Virus record (IMG/VR): IMGVR_UViG_3300045988_123906
From: a virus
Length of the DNA stretch: 64,000 nucleotides
Reading direction: 5' to 3' (one strand)
The translations under genes and the position numbers were made by a program. Of the stretch, positions 29,877 through 40,655 are shown piece after piece. Every line of letters starts with the position of its first letter. The first letter of the stretch is position 1. The notes below the pieces were generated by a model. It was given only the letters and a program-made list of their open reading frames with translations. It had not been told where the DNA came from and did not search any database.

Positions 29877-32800
29877 ACCGACCGTGTCTGCATCTTGGAT
29901 AACTGCGTTTGCAGCGGTACCAAGCGCAATAGTTTCTTCCAGTGTATTATTAGCAGCCGACATAGCAGCAGAACTACGAGTCAAGATTTCACCAAGGTCT
30001 TTTGCGGTAACAGGTTGCGTATTTGCTACAGCGTCAATTTTATTAACAACGTCCTCTGCCTGATCAGCAAGCAAACCAAAGCTTTGCATTGTCGAAATCA
30101 GATACGAAGACGAAGTGTTAACATCATCAATTCCGTCTCCCACGTTTTTGAGCAGGGTAGAGTAGGTAGCCATATTCTCAGCGTCTTCATCAGAATAACC
30201 GAGGCGCTTCCAATCAGCAGTCGAATTGACGTAATCACTAATCGAAACACCAAGCTTTTGTGCTTGCTCAGACGCGCGGCCCATATACTCTTCAAGAGAT
30301 TTGCCGGCGTATTCACTGACTTTGCGTAGTTCTGTAACAGCTGTATCGATTTCAACTACATTCTGATATACGATCCGCAGAGCGTCTTGCATCTTGTGCA
30401 AAGCGGCCATAGTGATCATGGTGCTCAAATGCTGGCCAAAAAGCTTTTCAAACTTATCAACTAAGGTTTCTGTTTCAAGTCCAAGTTGTTTTGACTCAGC
30501 ACGAAGTTCAGCATGCCTCTTTTTTAGCTCGCCAATTCGTGCAGGTGCATCACTGCTATTTAAAGCATTTAATAACTCATAAAATCCTTTTCCTGTGTCT
30601 GTACCTTGAAGTTTTTTATTTGCATCAAGGTAATCATGGATCGTTGATTTCAAATTTGCAACTTCAGTAGACGCTTTATTAAACGAACGCTCCTGCGAAG
30701 TGGCTGCATTAAAATTTTTGGCTTCTTGTGTTGCTTCACTATATTCGTTATTAAGCGCGTTTAGTGCATCAGTGATAGAATTGATGTTACTAGCTGCTGT
30801 TTTTGTTAAATTACTTGTGGCCCATGTTTTTGCAGCTTGTACAGGATCGGTTCCTTCCTCGACACTGGTAAGTAAGTTGCTTAACTTGTCTTGTTTTTCT
30901 TTTAATTGAGAATAAAAGTTTTTATCTGTTCCGTTATTGCTTTTTACTTTTCCAATCAAAGACTGATTGGAGTTCATAGCTTTGTTCACTGCGGATGCTC
31001 CTGCAATTCGAGCACTAGCTTGTTTTATAGCTTTATTTTCAGCGTCGTTTACAGCATCAACCTTTATCTTTATTTCCTCCCAAAGGGGAATGATTTCTTC
31101 CAGAGTCTTAGCGTATTCATTGGTTTGAGCAGGAAGTTTATTGAGTTTTGCAATCAGTTCATCAATGTTTTTAAAATCAACATCCTTAAGACTGCCATCT
31201 TGTTGCATCTGTCGTGCAATTTCAACACCTTGAGCAATTTTATTACCCTTCTTCTCAAGCCCCTTATAGCCTTTGCGCCACAGGGTATGTTTTGCTTGAA
31301 CAGAATAAGTGTTTTGCTTCAAAGCCAAAAGATCACTTGCATAATTATCATATTCGGCTGGGTTCTTAGATGCAAGTTCTGCAGCTTGTTTTTCGATTTT
31401 TGCGATCTCGTCTTTTAACTCGTTATTGGAACTCTGGGAGACCTCTTCTTTAAGTAAAGCAAATCTCTTACGAATAACATCAACTGCCGAAACAAGATCG
31501 TTTTCTGCTTTTTTAGAAGAATTTATAGCAATCATAACATTCTTCCAATTATCTTCTGCTGCTTTAACTGCATTATTATATTCTTCTGTGCCAGCAGTGG
31601 CTTTTGCAATTTCATCAACGAGTCGCTGTTGTACATGAAGAGCTTCTTGAATAGCTGTAGGGGTTTTATTGGCTGCATTAGCTTCTTCAACAGTACCGTA
31701 AGTCTTTTGTGCTTCTGTCAACTGATCAGTGATCTTTTTGCCACGAGTAGTTTGTGCAACTTTATTTTTATTACTTTCATGGGCCTTTATAATGGAGATC
31801 TGGCGATCGACTTTTTCTTCGACTTCAGCATCTTCTTTTCCCATTTGATCCATTAAATCAGTATATTCTTGGATCGTTAATTTCATCGAATTTAAAGTTG
31901 CATTTTTTTTCTCATCTAATTTATCAATCGCATTTTTTACAGCTATTGCTTCATCAGAATTTTCATCTTCTCCAAGACGTGCTTTCTTTAACTTATATGT
32001 ATTTTGTTCGTTTCTGTATGCACGATAGGCAGAAAGTTTTCCATTATTATATTTATTTCTTTCATCTTGAGCTGTTTGAATACTTTCTTGACTCTCTTTT
32101 ACACTCTTAGAATCTGCATGACGTAACCGAGTATAATCGACTTCTTTATTTGCATAGCGGAATTTTCTGTCAATATACCATTTATCGCTATCTGTATTTG
32201 TGTCGTTTAACAGCTTTACGATTTCATCACGATTTGCTCTTAAATTTTCAAGACACTTTTGAATAGTGCTAACTTCAGCTTCAGAGACATCATCAAGCAA
32301 GTTCTTTGTCTCAGCGATTTTTTTATTGACTGTTATTAAGTCACTAATCAAACCACGGCGAGATGTAGAAGTTTTTCTATTAGTAGAAGCTGTTTTAGTA
32401 GTATCTTTTGGGTTAGAAGATTTTTCGGATGCATCTCGAATAGCATTAGCAATTTCAGCGTTTTTTAGAATCAGATTACCCTTAACATCAATACCGCCTT
32501 CTGGTAACTTGATGTTGTCTTTTGTGACAGTTACTTTGCCATTCATCACTATTGGATCAGGTCGCTCAACATCTTTGTCTTCAAGTTTGATGTGACCTTT
32601 CAACTCAATAAGCTCTTGCTTTTCAATATCGTTTTGCGATTTCTTCCTTTTGCCTTTCGTCTCGGTATCAGTAGTTGTTGTGACAATTTTACCTTTAACT
32701 TCAACCGGGGTCTTTGGAGGAGTTATATCTGCGGCTTCAAGAGTAACATGGCCTTTGATATCTACTGGTGTTTCGGGTGCGACAACATCATCAGCACTCA

Positions 32801-34523
32801 AAATAACCTTACCATCAATTGCAGCCGGTTCACCAGTGACCGCGATATTGGAGGTATCGATTTTAATAGAATTAGATTTATCGATATAATTGTTTGTCAG
32901 TTCAGAAATGCGAGTAAAATCAGCAATTTGATTCTCTAGTGAATGACTTAAATTATCGACTTCCTGCACTACATACTGGAATGCTGGACCGAGTTCAGCT
33001 ATTTCTGATGCATAGCTATCAGTTTTATTAACGATACTTTGCAATGCTTTTTTTGCAGATGTAATTGAATCGACATTTTTTTGCAATTCTTCTGTATTGC
33101 CAAATTGAACAGCATCAGAATTAACTACAACAATACCAGGAATTTGAACCGGATCTTTGACATCAACAGACACATCTGCATCGGTTATAACGACTTTACC
33201 TTGAATAGAAACAGAAGACAACCCTTCTTCGACTCCTGCTGCGCCATCCTTAGAATCTTCTTGCCCTTTGGAATCAGCAGGAATATTTTTTTGACCATTC
33301 GGTAAGACATCAATTAGAGTCTTTAGCTGTTTTACCTTCTCTTCAATATTGTCAACATGTTTATCAACTTCAACAGTAAGGTTGTTTGAAAAATTTTTAG
33401 ACTTACTCTCTAAACCATCCATTGCGGCACTAACTTCACCAATAGATTGAATGATTTTCTTTGTATTCTCATCGAGAACAGATGAATCAATAGGGATGCC
33501 AGCACCAATAGACTCTTGCTCGGATTTTTTTAGCCCATCTATTTCCTTTTTAGAACGATCGATTGATTGTCCGATTAAATCATTAAGATGAGTGAATGTC
33601 GAAGCATAATCTAATAAGTCTTGATAATCTTCCACTGACTTGGAAAAAACAGAATAATCTCCACCTTGACCTCTGAGATTAGAGATATCTTCAAGGCCAC
33701 CTTTTGCATTATCAATAAAATTTTTCAAGATAGAACCTTTGATGTTAAGATTTTTTAATGCACCAGGAGCATTATACAACTCTTCCAATTGAACAATTGC
33801 ATTTTTTATAGAATCATATGTCTTTTCAAAATCTTTGAATGTGTTATTATAAACAGATTCATCCGCTTCGTCCCATGCTTTGGACATCAAAGAAAGAGAG
33901 TTGCTAAGATTGATCAGCGCCTTACTCATTTGATCAATTGAAGTTATATCACTATCTGCTGAAATCTTGCCCGCTTCTTTTAATTTCGGCATTTCGGAAT
34001 AAATATCATTCAACTGTCGATTTAGTGTTTGCGCTTTTTTAATATCCTTTTTTGAGATTTCATTGAAAATACTATCAACCGTTACATCTCGATTTCCACC
34101 ACCAAAAAGTCCATACGTGGCTTTATTAGCAAGTGCAAGATTAGTTTGCATCTCCTTTAGATAATTAGAAAGAGTGCGATTTACACCACGAAGCTGCTCT
34201 TTTAGTTGCTTTGAAAGGTCATTGCCGAATTCTTTAACGTCTAGTTTGACCTTAATTTGTTGAGCGCCATTTTGTGCGGCAGTAATCTCGTCGTTAATCT
34301 GTTGCGTTAAGTTTTTCTTAAGATTTGGTTCGATATCAACACTATAAGGTCCACCTAATCCTTTTTCAATTTCGTCCTGTAAGTTAGATATATCAGGCGT
34401 AATAGGGACAGCAGGTAATTTTTTTATATTGCTGACTTGCGCCCGTACATCTTCTTCAAGTTTCGCCTTATTGATTTGCGGGTCAACCTTAACTTTGATG
34501 CTCAATTCTGGTTCTCTCGCCAT
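29877..34523 (-). CDS. tape measure protein, exon 1 (1549 codons)
   Basis: SD GAAGGAGGAA before ATG 34523. Long coiled-coil sequence ending in the TMP core motif ALGTAANAVIQDADTVG, which continues in exon 2. Confidence 0.75.
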
Positions 34524-34562
34524 GTTTTATTCCTCCTTCTGGAGCAACCAATCTCCGAATCT

Positions 34563-34589
34563 AAAAAAAGCAGGCTTTAATAAGTCTGC
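34563..34589 (-). terminator. rho-independent terminator upstream of the tape-measure start
   Basis: The minus-strand RNA forms GCAGACUU-AUUA-AAGCCUGC followed by UUUUUUU. Confidence 0.55.
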
Positions 34590-34601
34590 TCATCTTTTTG
34601 A

Positions 34602-35075
34602 TTATTTTGTATTGTCGTGATTGATCCGCTGCTCGACCATATTTACGATATCTTTATTGTGTTTATTGATATCTTTCTGAGTATTCGTCATAAACGGACG
34701 CGGTTTCATCCACCTATAGCGCTTGTGTGTCCATGGATTTCGTATGTTGTCACTTTCAAGCAAGCGGGGGAGTCCATCTGGATTATGATATTCTTTATGG
34801 TTTGCAAGGCGAGGACCTTCAACTTGAGTTTCATTATACACGGTCAAAACGCGACCATGTACAACATCTCTGATATTTGAATCATCCAATAATCCGCCAT
34901 TGGTTTCACGACGTTCATATTCAACAGGGGAATAGGTTGCATAAACATCTTGCTCTACATGAGATTTCATCTTATCTTCCACATAATCTTTAACCTCATT
35001 TTTCAGAGCTTTATTTGCCCGTTTCATAATTTCTCGCTGAAGCCCCTCAACGGTATTGAATGATTTCTTCCCCAT
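34602..35075 (-). CDS. hypothetical tail-module protein (157 aa, basic)
   Basis: ORF with SD AAGGAG and TAA stop. Confidence 0.55.
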   Translation of the reverse strand: MGKKSFNTVEGLQREIMKRANKALKNEVKDYVEDKMKSHVEQDVYATYSPVEYERRETNGGLLDDSNIRDVVHGRVLTVYNETQVEGPRLANHKEYHNPDGLPRLLESDNIRNPWTHKRYRWMKPRPFMTNTQKDINKHNKDIVNMVEQRINHDNTK

Positions 35076-35078
35076 AGT

Positions 35079-35627
35079 TTACTCCTTGCTTTCAGCGACT
35101 GCAGAAATAAGCTCTGCCGTATCAATTGAATGGGCACCATCGAGCATTCCTTCAGGAGTTTTAACACTATAGTTATCTTTCTCTACCGGTTTCTTCAGAT
35201 TTTCTTCAGCGATTTTTTCAATCATTTTGTTCATGTCGAACTGATCACCAATGCCGCTCAGTACCTCGGCGGCCAACTGCATCAACTGCTCAAATGGCTG
35301 ATTCTTTGCAGCAGCTTCAAATGCGGCCATATACTGCTGGCGGGCAATCTCGATTTTTTCGCGGCAAGCCTTGTTCAGTGTAGTCAGAATATACTTGCGC
35401 GGAGCCTCGTTCATCAACTTGGTCGTTTCATCAGAGAAAGCCAGTTCACTCATCTGGTCCTGGTCCATCTCACTGGTTTCCAGACCAGTAAACATGATCA
35501 GTGTTGTAATTCGGAAAGCGTAGTCATACAGCGCCGGCTCGTAACGGCCATCGCGCTCAGATAGGCTTACCACGCTGTCAACAAACAAAATTCGTTCAGC
35601 TAAAGTCAGATTATTCTTTGCATCCAT
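35079..35627 (-). CDS. tail assembly chaperone-like acidic protein (182 aa)
   Basis: The call rests on its position just upstream of the TMP gene and its acidic composition only. Confidence 0.4.
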   Translation of the reverse strand: MDAKNNLTLAERILFVDSVVSLSERDGRYEPALYDYAFRITTLIMFTGLETSEMDQDQMSELAFSDETTKLMNEAPRKYILTTLNKACREKIEIARQQYMAAFEAAAKNQPFEQLMQLAAEVLSGIGDQFDMNKMIEKIAEENLKKPVEKDNYSVKTPEGMLDGAHSIDTAELISAVAESKE

Positions 35628-35632
35628 AAGTA

Positions 35633-36160
35633 TTAGTCCTCCTGATTTAATTTATTGTTTTCAAGCTCCATCTTTACAGCAGTCGCAATGCACATCGCGT
35701 CAGCTTCATCAGACGAAACATCTTCTCCATAATAGGTTTTCACATAGTCGATGGCCTGCTGTTTTAATTCTGCGCGCTTTACTCGACCCTGTTTAAATCC
35801 TAATATCTTTCGCCACTCGGATGGCTTAATGATCTCATAGGGAATATTGTTTAGCTCACATACCCCCATAATCGCTCCTTGCAGTTGCGCCAGCTGGATC
35901 AATGTTTTTGGCGAGCTTTGCAGTGCAACATCTTCGATCACTACAAGGTCTGGACGATTGTTCTTGATACGGCTCTGGATCATCTGGCGCATCATTGTTG
36001 AGCGTTCCAAGACATCCTTGGTTTTACTCAGGTCGATCAGCGAGTGGTAAACAGTGTCGCCATCAATGGTACAGACACCCGTCTTGCCGAGAGCCTGGTC
36101 AAAAGCAATGATTTTTATAATAAACACTTCCTTTTTCTTTCTGGATGTGGTAAAATTCAA
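35633..36160 (-). CDS. RuvC-like Holliday junction resolvase
   Basis: KIIAFDQALGKTGVCTIDG...VVIEDVALQ...DEADAMCIA matches the RuvC catalytic-acid layout. The start is uncertain (TTG 36160 or ATT/GTG near 36121..36127). Confidence 0.65.
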   Translation of the reverse strand: MNFTTSRKKKEVFIIKIIAFDQALGKTGVCTIDGDTVYHSLIDLSKTKDVLERSTMMRQMIQSRIKNNRPDLVVIEDVALQSSPKTLIQLAQLQGAIMGVCELNNIPYEIIKPSEWRKILGFKQGRVKRAELKQQAIDYVKTYYGEDVSSDEADAMCIATAVKMELENNKLNQED

Positions 36161-36267
36161 ATTTGAAGAACACCTGCGTATCCCTTTTGGGAATTATTAA
36201 AACGGCGAGAATTAGTAGGGGCTTCCCGAAGTCCAGTAGAGAGACTGCTGGCAGAAAGGAGGCCCAT

Positions 36268-36369
36268 ATGATGATTGACTTCGACACCATGTCTAAGTTC
36301 GTTCAATTCGTAGCTGCTTTGGTGACTATCGCCAAGTTTGCTATGGAAGTAAGCCAGCCCCGGGCATAA
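36268..36369 (+). CDS. 33-aa hydrophobic peptide (MMIDFDTMSKFVQFVAALVTIAKFAMEVSQPRA), toxin/holin-like
   Basis: AAAGGAGG lies 5 nt before the ATG. It has one hydrophobic helix, a TAA stop and then a GCCCCG/CGGGGC hairpin. It is on the opposite strand in the tail tube-RuvC gap. Confidence 0.4.
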   Translation: MMIDFDTMSKFVQFVAALVTIAKFAMEVSQPRA

Positions 36370-36496
36370 GCGGGGCCAATTGTCCGATTATTCACTGAAG
36401 CTCCTATGCAAATTAGAGAGCGGAAAGTCGCAACGTGGGTGTTCTTCTTATTTGTGAGTTTCCTCATATCAACGCGCAATTGCAATAATTGTGCGC

Positions 36497-36529
36497 TCAT
36501 AAAAGGGGCAGAGCCCCGAAAGACTCTGC
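36497..36529 (-). terminator. rho-independent terminator after the tail tube gene
   Basis: The minus-strand RNA forms GGCAGAG-UCUUUCGGGG-CUCUGCC followed by CCUUUUAU. Confidence 0.6.
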
Positions 36530-36548
36530 CTCGTGTAAATGCTATGTA

Positions 36549-37286
36549 TCAGCCCTCGTTAGGGAAGATCAAAGAGAACATGTCGCCATTCTCGTCGGCC
36601 AGAACATCGAAGGTCATGGTCAGAGAAACGGGATCGCCGGTGTTCTGCCAGGACAGCTCGAAGCCGGCCTGAGGAGCAGCCTTGTACCAGATGGGATGTG
36701 CCTCGATGATGTCGTCGCTCTCAGTCTTGTAGGGAATGGAACCCTCGACACGATAAGCCTTGGGGAAGTGACGGCTATCCAGGTGCACAACCTGAGCGGC
36801 TGCCTGCTTTGCGTAGTAATAAACAATGTAAGCAGTATTCTCAGTTGCTTCAGCAACGGTAACCTCAGTGCCGCCCTCAGTAACAGTAGCGGTGACCTCG
36901 GTGCCCAGATCGTCATCAGCCTTAAAGACCTGAATGGCGGTGGTGCCAGCAGCAGTAGAAATGGTCAGCTTACCAGCCTCGGTGCAGGTGACCTTCTCGC
37001 GCTTCAAGAAGTTTGCGGTGGTGCCCAGGTCGTTGCCAGACAGCATCTGGAAGACCTTGACGGGGTAAACCTGTGCCTCGATGGTCAGAGTGCCGGTACG
37101 AGAGCCGTCAAACTGCACGCGGTTAGGTGCGCCCTGGCCGCCGGTTGCGAACACGCGGTCACCCTCAAAAGAGGTAGAAGTGACGTTAGCCCAGTCAACA
37201 TTCAGGAACAGCTTCTTGGTGGAGTAGTCGACCAGCATCAGATCGGCGACCTCGCGGTTGGCGAAATTTGCATTCTTGTTAGCCAT
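36549..37286 (-). CDS. major tail (tube) protein (245 aa)
   Basis: Strong SD, high-GC3 codon usage like the capsid gene, followed by a terminator, and positioned between the neck genes and the TMP. Confidence 0.6.
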   Translation of the reverse strand: MANKNANFANREVADLMLVDYSTKKLFLNVDWANVTSTSFEGDRVFATGGQGAPNRVQFDGSRTGTLTIEAQVYPVKVFQMLSGNDLGTTANFLKREKVTCTEAGKLTISTAAGTTAIQVFKADDDLGTEVTATVTEGGTEVTVAEATENTAYIVYYYAKQAAAQVVHLDSRHFPKAYRVEGSIPYKTESDDIIEAHPIWYKAAPQAGFELSWQNTGDPVSLTMTFDVLADENGDMFSLIFPNEG

Positions 37287-37291
37287 AATTG

Positions 37292-38092
37292 TTATCCTCC
37301 TATAGTTTCGTTTTCTTTGTCAATTCGCTCTATCCATTTTGACGGATCGTATTTTCCGCCCCAAACGGAATAGTTCATTTCGGCGATGTTTAGTTGTTTT
37401 GCGCGTAATAGCTGGGAGAACGTATCTCGTATCTGCCCAACTGTCAGCTCAAAGATGTTTGAATAATTCAAACTTGGATGAAAAGTGCATAAAAGAGAAA
37501 TCATGTTCGGCAGCTCGAAATTCGGGTCTGCCTTTTTTGTTTGTTTGAACTTTTTCTTCTTCTTTTGGAACTTCTCATAAAACAAGCGATCTTTTTCGGT
37601 CTTGAATTTTGGAGCTTCTTCAGGGATGTCGCTTTCGTCGATATCAACCATCTGCAAGCAAATCTTTGTTACGGTTGAATAGTTGTTTCTGTCGATATAG
37701 CCACCGATAGAAAATCCTTTTTTGCCGTTATTTTCTTTGTCGATAAAAATTGCTCGATGCTGCTCGTCCCACTCCAATTCCCCAGAAACAAAAAGACCCA
37801 GGGCCGAAATTAGTTCAGCCCTGGATTCATCTGTCGATGTAAGAATATCAAACATCGCAATATTTGCTTTTTGCTCACTTGTCATTTGCTCCCAGATATC
37901 TGGCATTTTCATCATAGTTGCCGCATCGTGGTAGTATTTTTCTGGGGTATATAAAAATAATGTCAGTGCGTATTGATACTGGGTGTATCCTATCTTCAAA
38001 ATGTCTTTCAGAAAAGGGGAGTGGATTCGCCCAACATCTTTTAGCTGCACGCCATATGGGCTCAGATGATCAAGGTACGATATTTTTCTCAT
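37292..38092 (-). CDS. hypothetical neck/tail protein (266 aa)
   Basis: ORF with SD AGGAGGG. ATGA overlap with the extended upstream gene. Confidence 0.5.
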   Translation of the reverse strand: MRKISYLDHLSPYGVQLKDVGRIHSPFLKDILKIGYTQYQYALTLFLYTPEKYYHDAATMMKMPDIWEQMTSEQKANIAMFDILTSTDESRAELISALGLFVSGELEWDEQHRAIFIDKENNGKKGFSIGGYIDRNNYSTVTKICLQMVDIDESDIPEEAPKFKTEKDRLFYEKFQKKKKKFKQTKKADPNFELPNMISLLCTFHPSLNYSNIFELTVGQIRDTFSQLLRAKQLNIAEMNYSVWGGKYDPSKWIERIDKENETIGG

Positions 38093-38589
38093 CAGCGAGC
38101 CCTCCTAAAAGAGCCAACCTGATAAACAAGTATTCGTCCGTAATAGCATTGCGCTGGCTTATAGATGCTGCTTCCAGCCTATTCAAGCGGTCCAATTCCA
38201 AATTCTTTGTTTCCATTCAGAAGCTTATCAATATCACTGGCCAAAATATCAATGCGTGTCCCAGCCTGTCCTTTCCGATGATATGTCTGCATAAGGTTTT
38301 TACTGCAATATGCAAATACGTAAATGGTCATCATCGTAATAGAATCACCGCTGGTTTGTTCTGGCACGACCTCAACACACAAAAACGTTTTTGAGTTTTC
38401 CTGCGTATCTGGAACATACTCATACTTAAACACGCATCCACCTTCACCCGACCCATTCTTACCAAGCAGAAGAGTTTCGGGATCGTCGATATTATCTGTA
38501 TTGCCCAATAGGACATCAAGGACATTTTCGTCATTGATCAACTTGGAAACGACCCGATTTTTGAATACCCCGATCTCATCGAGATTCAT
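38092..38589 (-). CDS. neck/tail-completion-like protein, 165 codons, in-frame TAG at 38179..38181
   Basis: Read-through adds AGSSIYKPAQCYYGRILVYQVGSFRRAR and ends in an ATGA overlap with the next start. The YYGR.L.Y.V pattern resembles the C-termini of neck proteins. Confidence 0.55.
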
Positions 38590-38590
38590 A

Positions 38591-39607
38591 TCAGATCACC
38601 TCCAATTCGATTTTTTCGGTAAGGCCGGCTGCTTTAACCGTCAGTACCACGACTTGTCCAATCAACTTAGAATCATCCACACAAGTGATCTTGCACTTTG
38701 CACCGGTCGTAGTCGTATTACCGCCTTTGAAACATACTCCCGCAGGAGTACAATCACCGGTAAGCGTCCATTCTGCGCCGTCGTACACTTCGCCATCGAT
38801 TTTTGCAGTAAACAGCTTGCCAAATCCGCCCGTTGGGATGGATGGTTCGCCCGTATACTCTATCGAAAGCACTCTGTCGTCTACGGTGTTATCGTCAGGA
38901 TAGGTGATTTCCACGTTATCGGAAGCATCTTCAGGCACATAATTGCAGATCATTTTCTCTACATTGTCTGTTTCTGCGTTGTAAAGATCCTGTTCAACGT
39001 TAAACGAGAGGAACCCGATCTGGTCATTATCATAGTCAATTCGGCCAGTCATCTGGTCAATCGACGTGATTCGATAGGTCTTTGGTTCTCCATTGACGAT
39101 CTCCAACATCAGCCGTTTTCCAATGTTCAGACGGGCAGAATACTCGTCGAACGGGGTTTGAATGCGGAATTCACGGGTTGAATAACTCATTACCTTATTC
39201 TCACTCAGGTTGGAGTAATACGGCTTTTCCACAGTTGCCCATAGAGATACGATCTTTTTTGTCTGGTCATCCTGCCACACGATTTGTTTCTGGCAGATCT
39301 GAATGCGGCCGCGCACGGTAATCTCATCGTCTGCATCACGTTCTGTAATCAGCCAGTGGCTCTTACCCCAGTACATAATGCTGCCGATCTCAAAATCCTC
39401 ACCAGGTCTTGTGCGGAATATTTTCTGGTTTGTAACAGTAGATGATATAATATTTACCCAGCGGGGTACGTCATCTATCGTTACTTCTTTATAAGAAGGA
39501 TTGACTGGCGCTAAAAAGCGCGTATCATGGAGTGCCTTATTGATCACCCTGTCGCGCTGTGTCTCTCCATCCTGTTTCAGCATGGCTCTATATTGAGATC
39601 TTGTCAT
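38591..39607 (-). CDS. neck/head-tail joining protein with an Ig-like C-terminus (about 338 aa)
   Basis: ATG 39607 has SD AAGGCGGTGGG, whereas ATG 39631 has none. The C-terminal beta-rich TLTGDCTPAG..KITCVDD segment looks Ig-like. Confidence 0.5.
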   Translation of the reverse strand: MTRSQYRAMLKQDGETQRDRVINKALHDTRFLAPVNPSYKEVTIDDVPRWVNIISSTVTNQKIFRTRPGEDFEIGSIMYWGKSHWLITERDADDEITVRGRIQICQKQIVWQDDQTKKIVSLWATVEKPYYSNLSENKVMSYSTREFRIQTPFDEYSARLNIGKRLMLEIVNGEPKTYRITSIDQMTGRIDYDNDQIGFLSFNVEQDLYNAETDNVEKMICNYVPEDASDNVEITYPDDNTVDDRVLSIEYTGEPSIPTGGFGKLFTAKIDGEVYDGAEWTLTGDCTPAGVCFKGGNTTTTGAKCKITCVDDSKLIGQVVVLTVKAAGLTEKIELEVI

Positions 39608-39618
39608 ATCCCACCGCC

Positions 39619-40053
39619 TTACTGTGTCCATTCAGAAACACTGTTTGACTTAAAGGAATACAAGTTCATCTCAGCAGTCAATTTACGCTGCGACTGCGCC
39701 AAAAGGTCTTTCATCTGCTCCAGTAGCTTAGCAGGGGAGAAGAAAGAAAAGTCCTTGGTGCTCATAGCGTTCTTCAAAGCGTCAGAGTTGTAAACATACG
39801 GCTCCAGCCAATGCACAATCATGCTCAACGCCAGAATACTCTGTTCCTTGCGGGTCAGAGTAACATTGAACTGCTGCAGCTCATCATCATAGTCAGTCAG
39901 GTCTTGCACGCAAATGTCAGCAAAATCATCAATGGCGGCCTGAAGCAAGTCGCTCTCTGCATCTGCAAACATCTCGTCAGTATATCCTTCCTTGTCATAA
40001 TCTCGAATGCGCCCACGACAGCGGGCATAGATACTTTCAAAAGTGGTTGCCAT
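39619..40053 (-). CDS. head-tail connector (gp6-like) protein (144 aa)
   Basis: LTRKEQSILALSMIVHWLEPYVYN...KDFSFFSPAKLL resembles the gp6-like adaptor family. Confidence 0.5.
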   Translation of the reverse strand: MATTFESIYARCRGRIRDYDKEGYTDEMFADAESDLLQAAIDDFADICVQDLTDYDDELQQFNVTLTRKEQSILALSMIVHWLEPYVYNSDALKNAMSTKDFSFFSPAKLLEQMKDLLAQSQRKLTAEMNLYSFKSNSVSEWTQ

Positions 40054-40070
40054 GACCCGCCTCCTTTACA

Positions 40071-40586
40071 TCAAATTGTGTCTTCCAACTCAACAGACAG
40101 GGAGTCCTCCAGCGCCTTAATCGCACTGCGGCTGTCCAGCTCACCGGTTTCGATCTTTTTCTTAGCCTCAGATGCAATCGCATCCTTGGTGCCGCCCGGC
40201 AGTGTCGGGACGATCTTCTTAATCTCATCGGCGGGCATTGTAAACACGTCATTGAAGTTGTCGGTGGTCAGACTATTTTTGTAATAGCGCTCAACGCCAA
40301 GCTTCTTGATAATGGCGGGATCATCGATCAAAATCCAATTTTCCTCAAAGAACCGGCGCTGATTACCGCGCATAGAAACCAGCTCGCGATACTCCATTTC
40401 CTGAACATCGCCAAAAGCCTCCCACTCAACGGTATAGCCTGGATTCAAGGTGGACTTATAGATTAGATTACCAGCTGTGCCATTGCGGCACTCCACCATG
40501 GTCTCGTTTGTAATTTCGACTACGGGCTCGGTCGCTACTGGAGCAGCAGCTTTCGCGGCTGTAGTCTTAGTTGTACGTCTTGCCAT
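40071..40586 (-). CDS. hypothetical head-module protein (171 aa)
   Basis: ORF with SD TAGGAGGAA and TGA stop. Confidence 0.55.
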   Translation of the reverse strand: MARRTTKTTAAKAAAPVATEPVVEITNETMVECRNGTAGNLIYKSTLNPGYTVEWEAFGDVQEMEYRELVSMRGNQRRFFEENWILIDDPAIIKKLGVERYYKNSLTTDNFNDVFTMPADEIKKIVPTLPGGTKDAIASEAKKKIETGELDSRSAIKALEDSLSVELEDTI

Positions 40587-40655
40587 TCGTTCCTCCTATT
40601 TAATAAAAGAAGCGGCAGGGTTGTTGCCCCACCGCTATTCAACTCAAATTATCGA

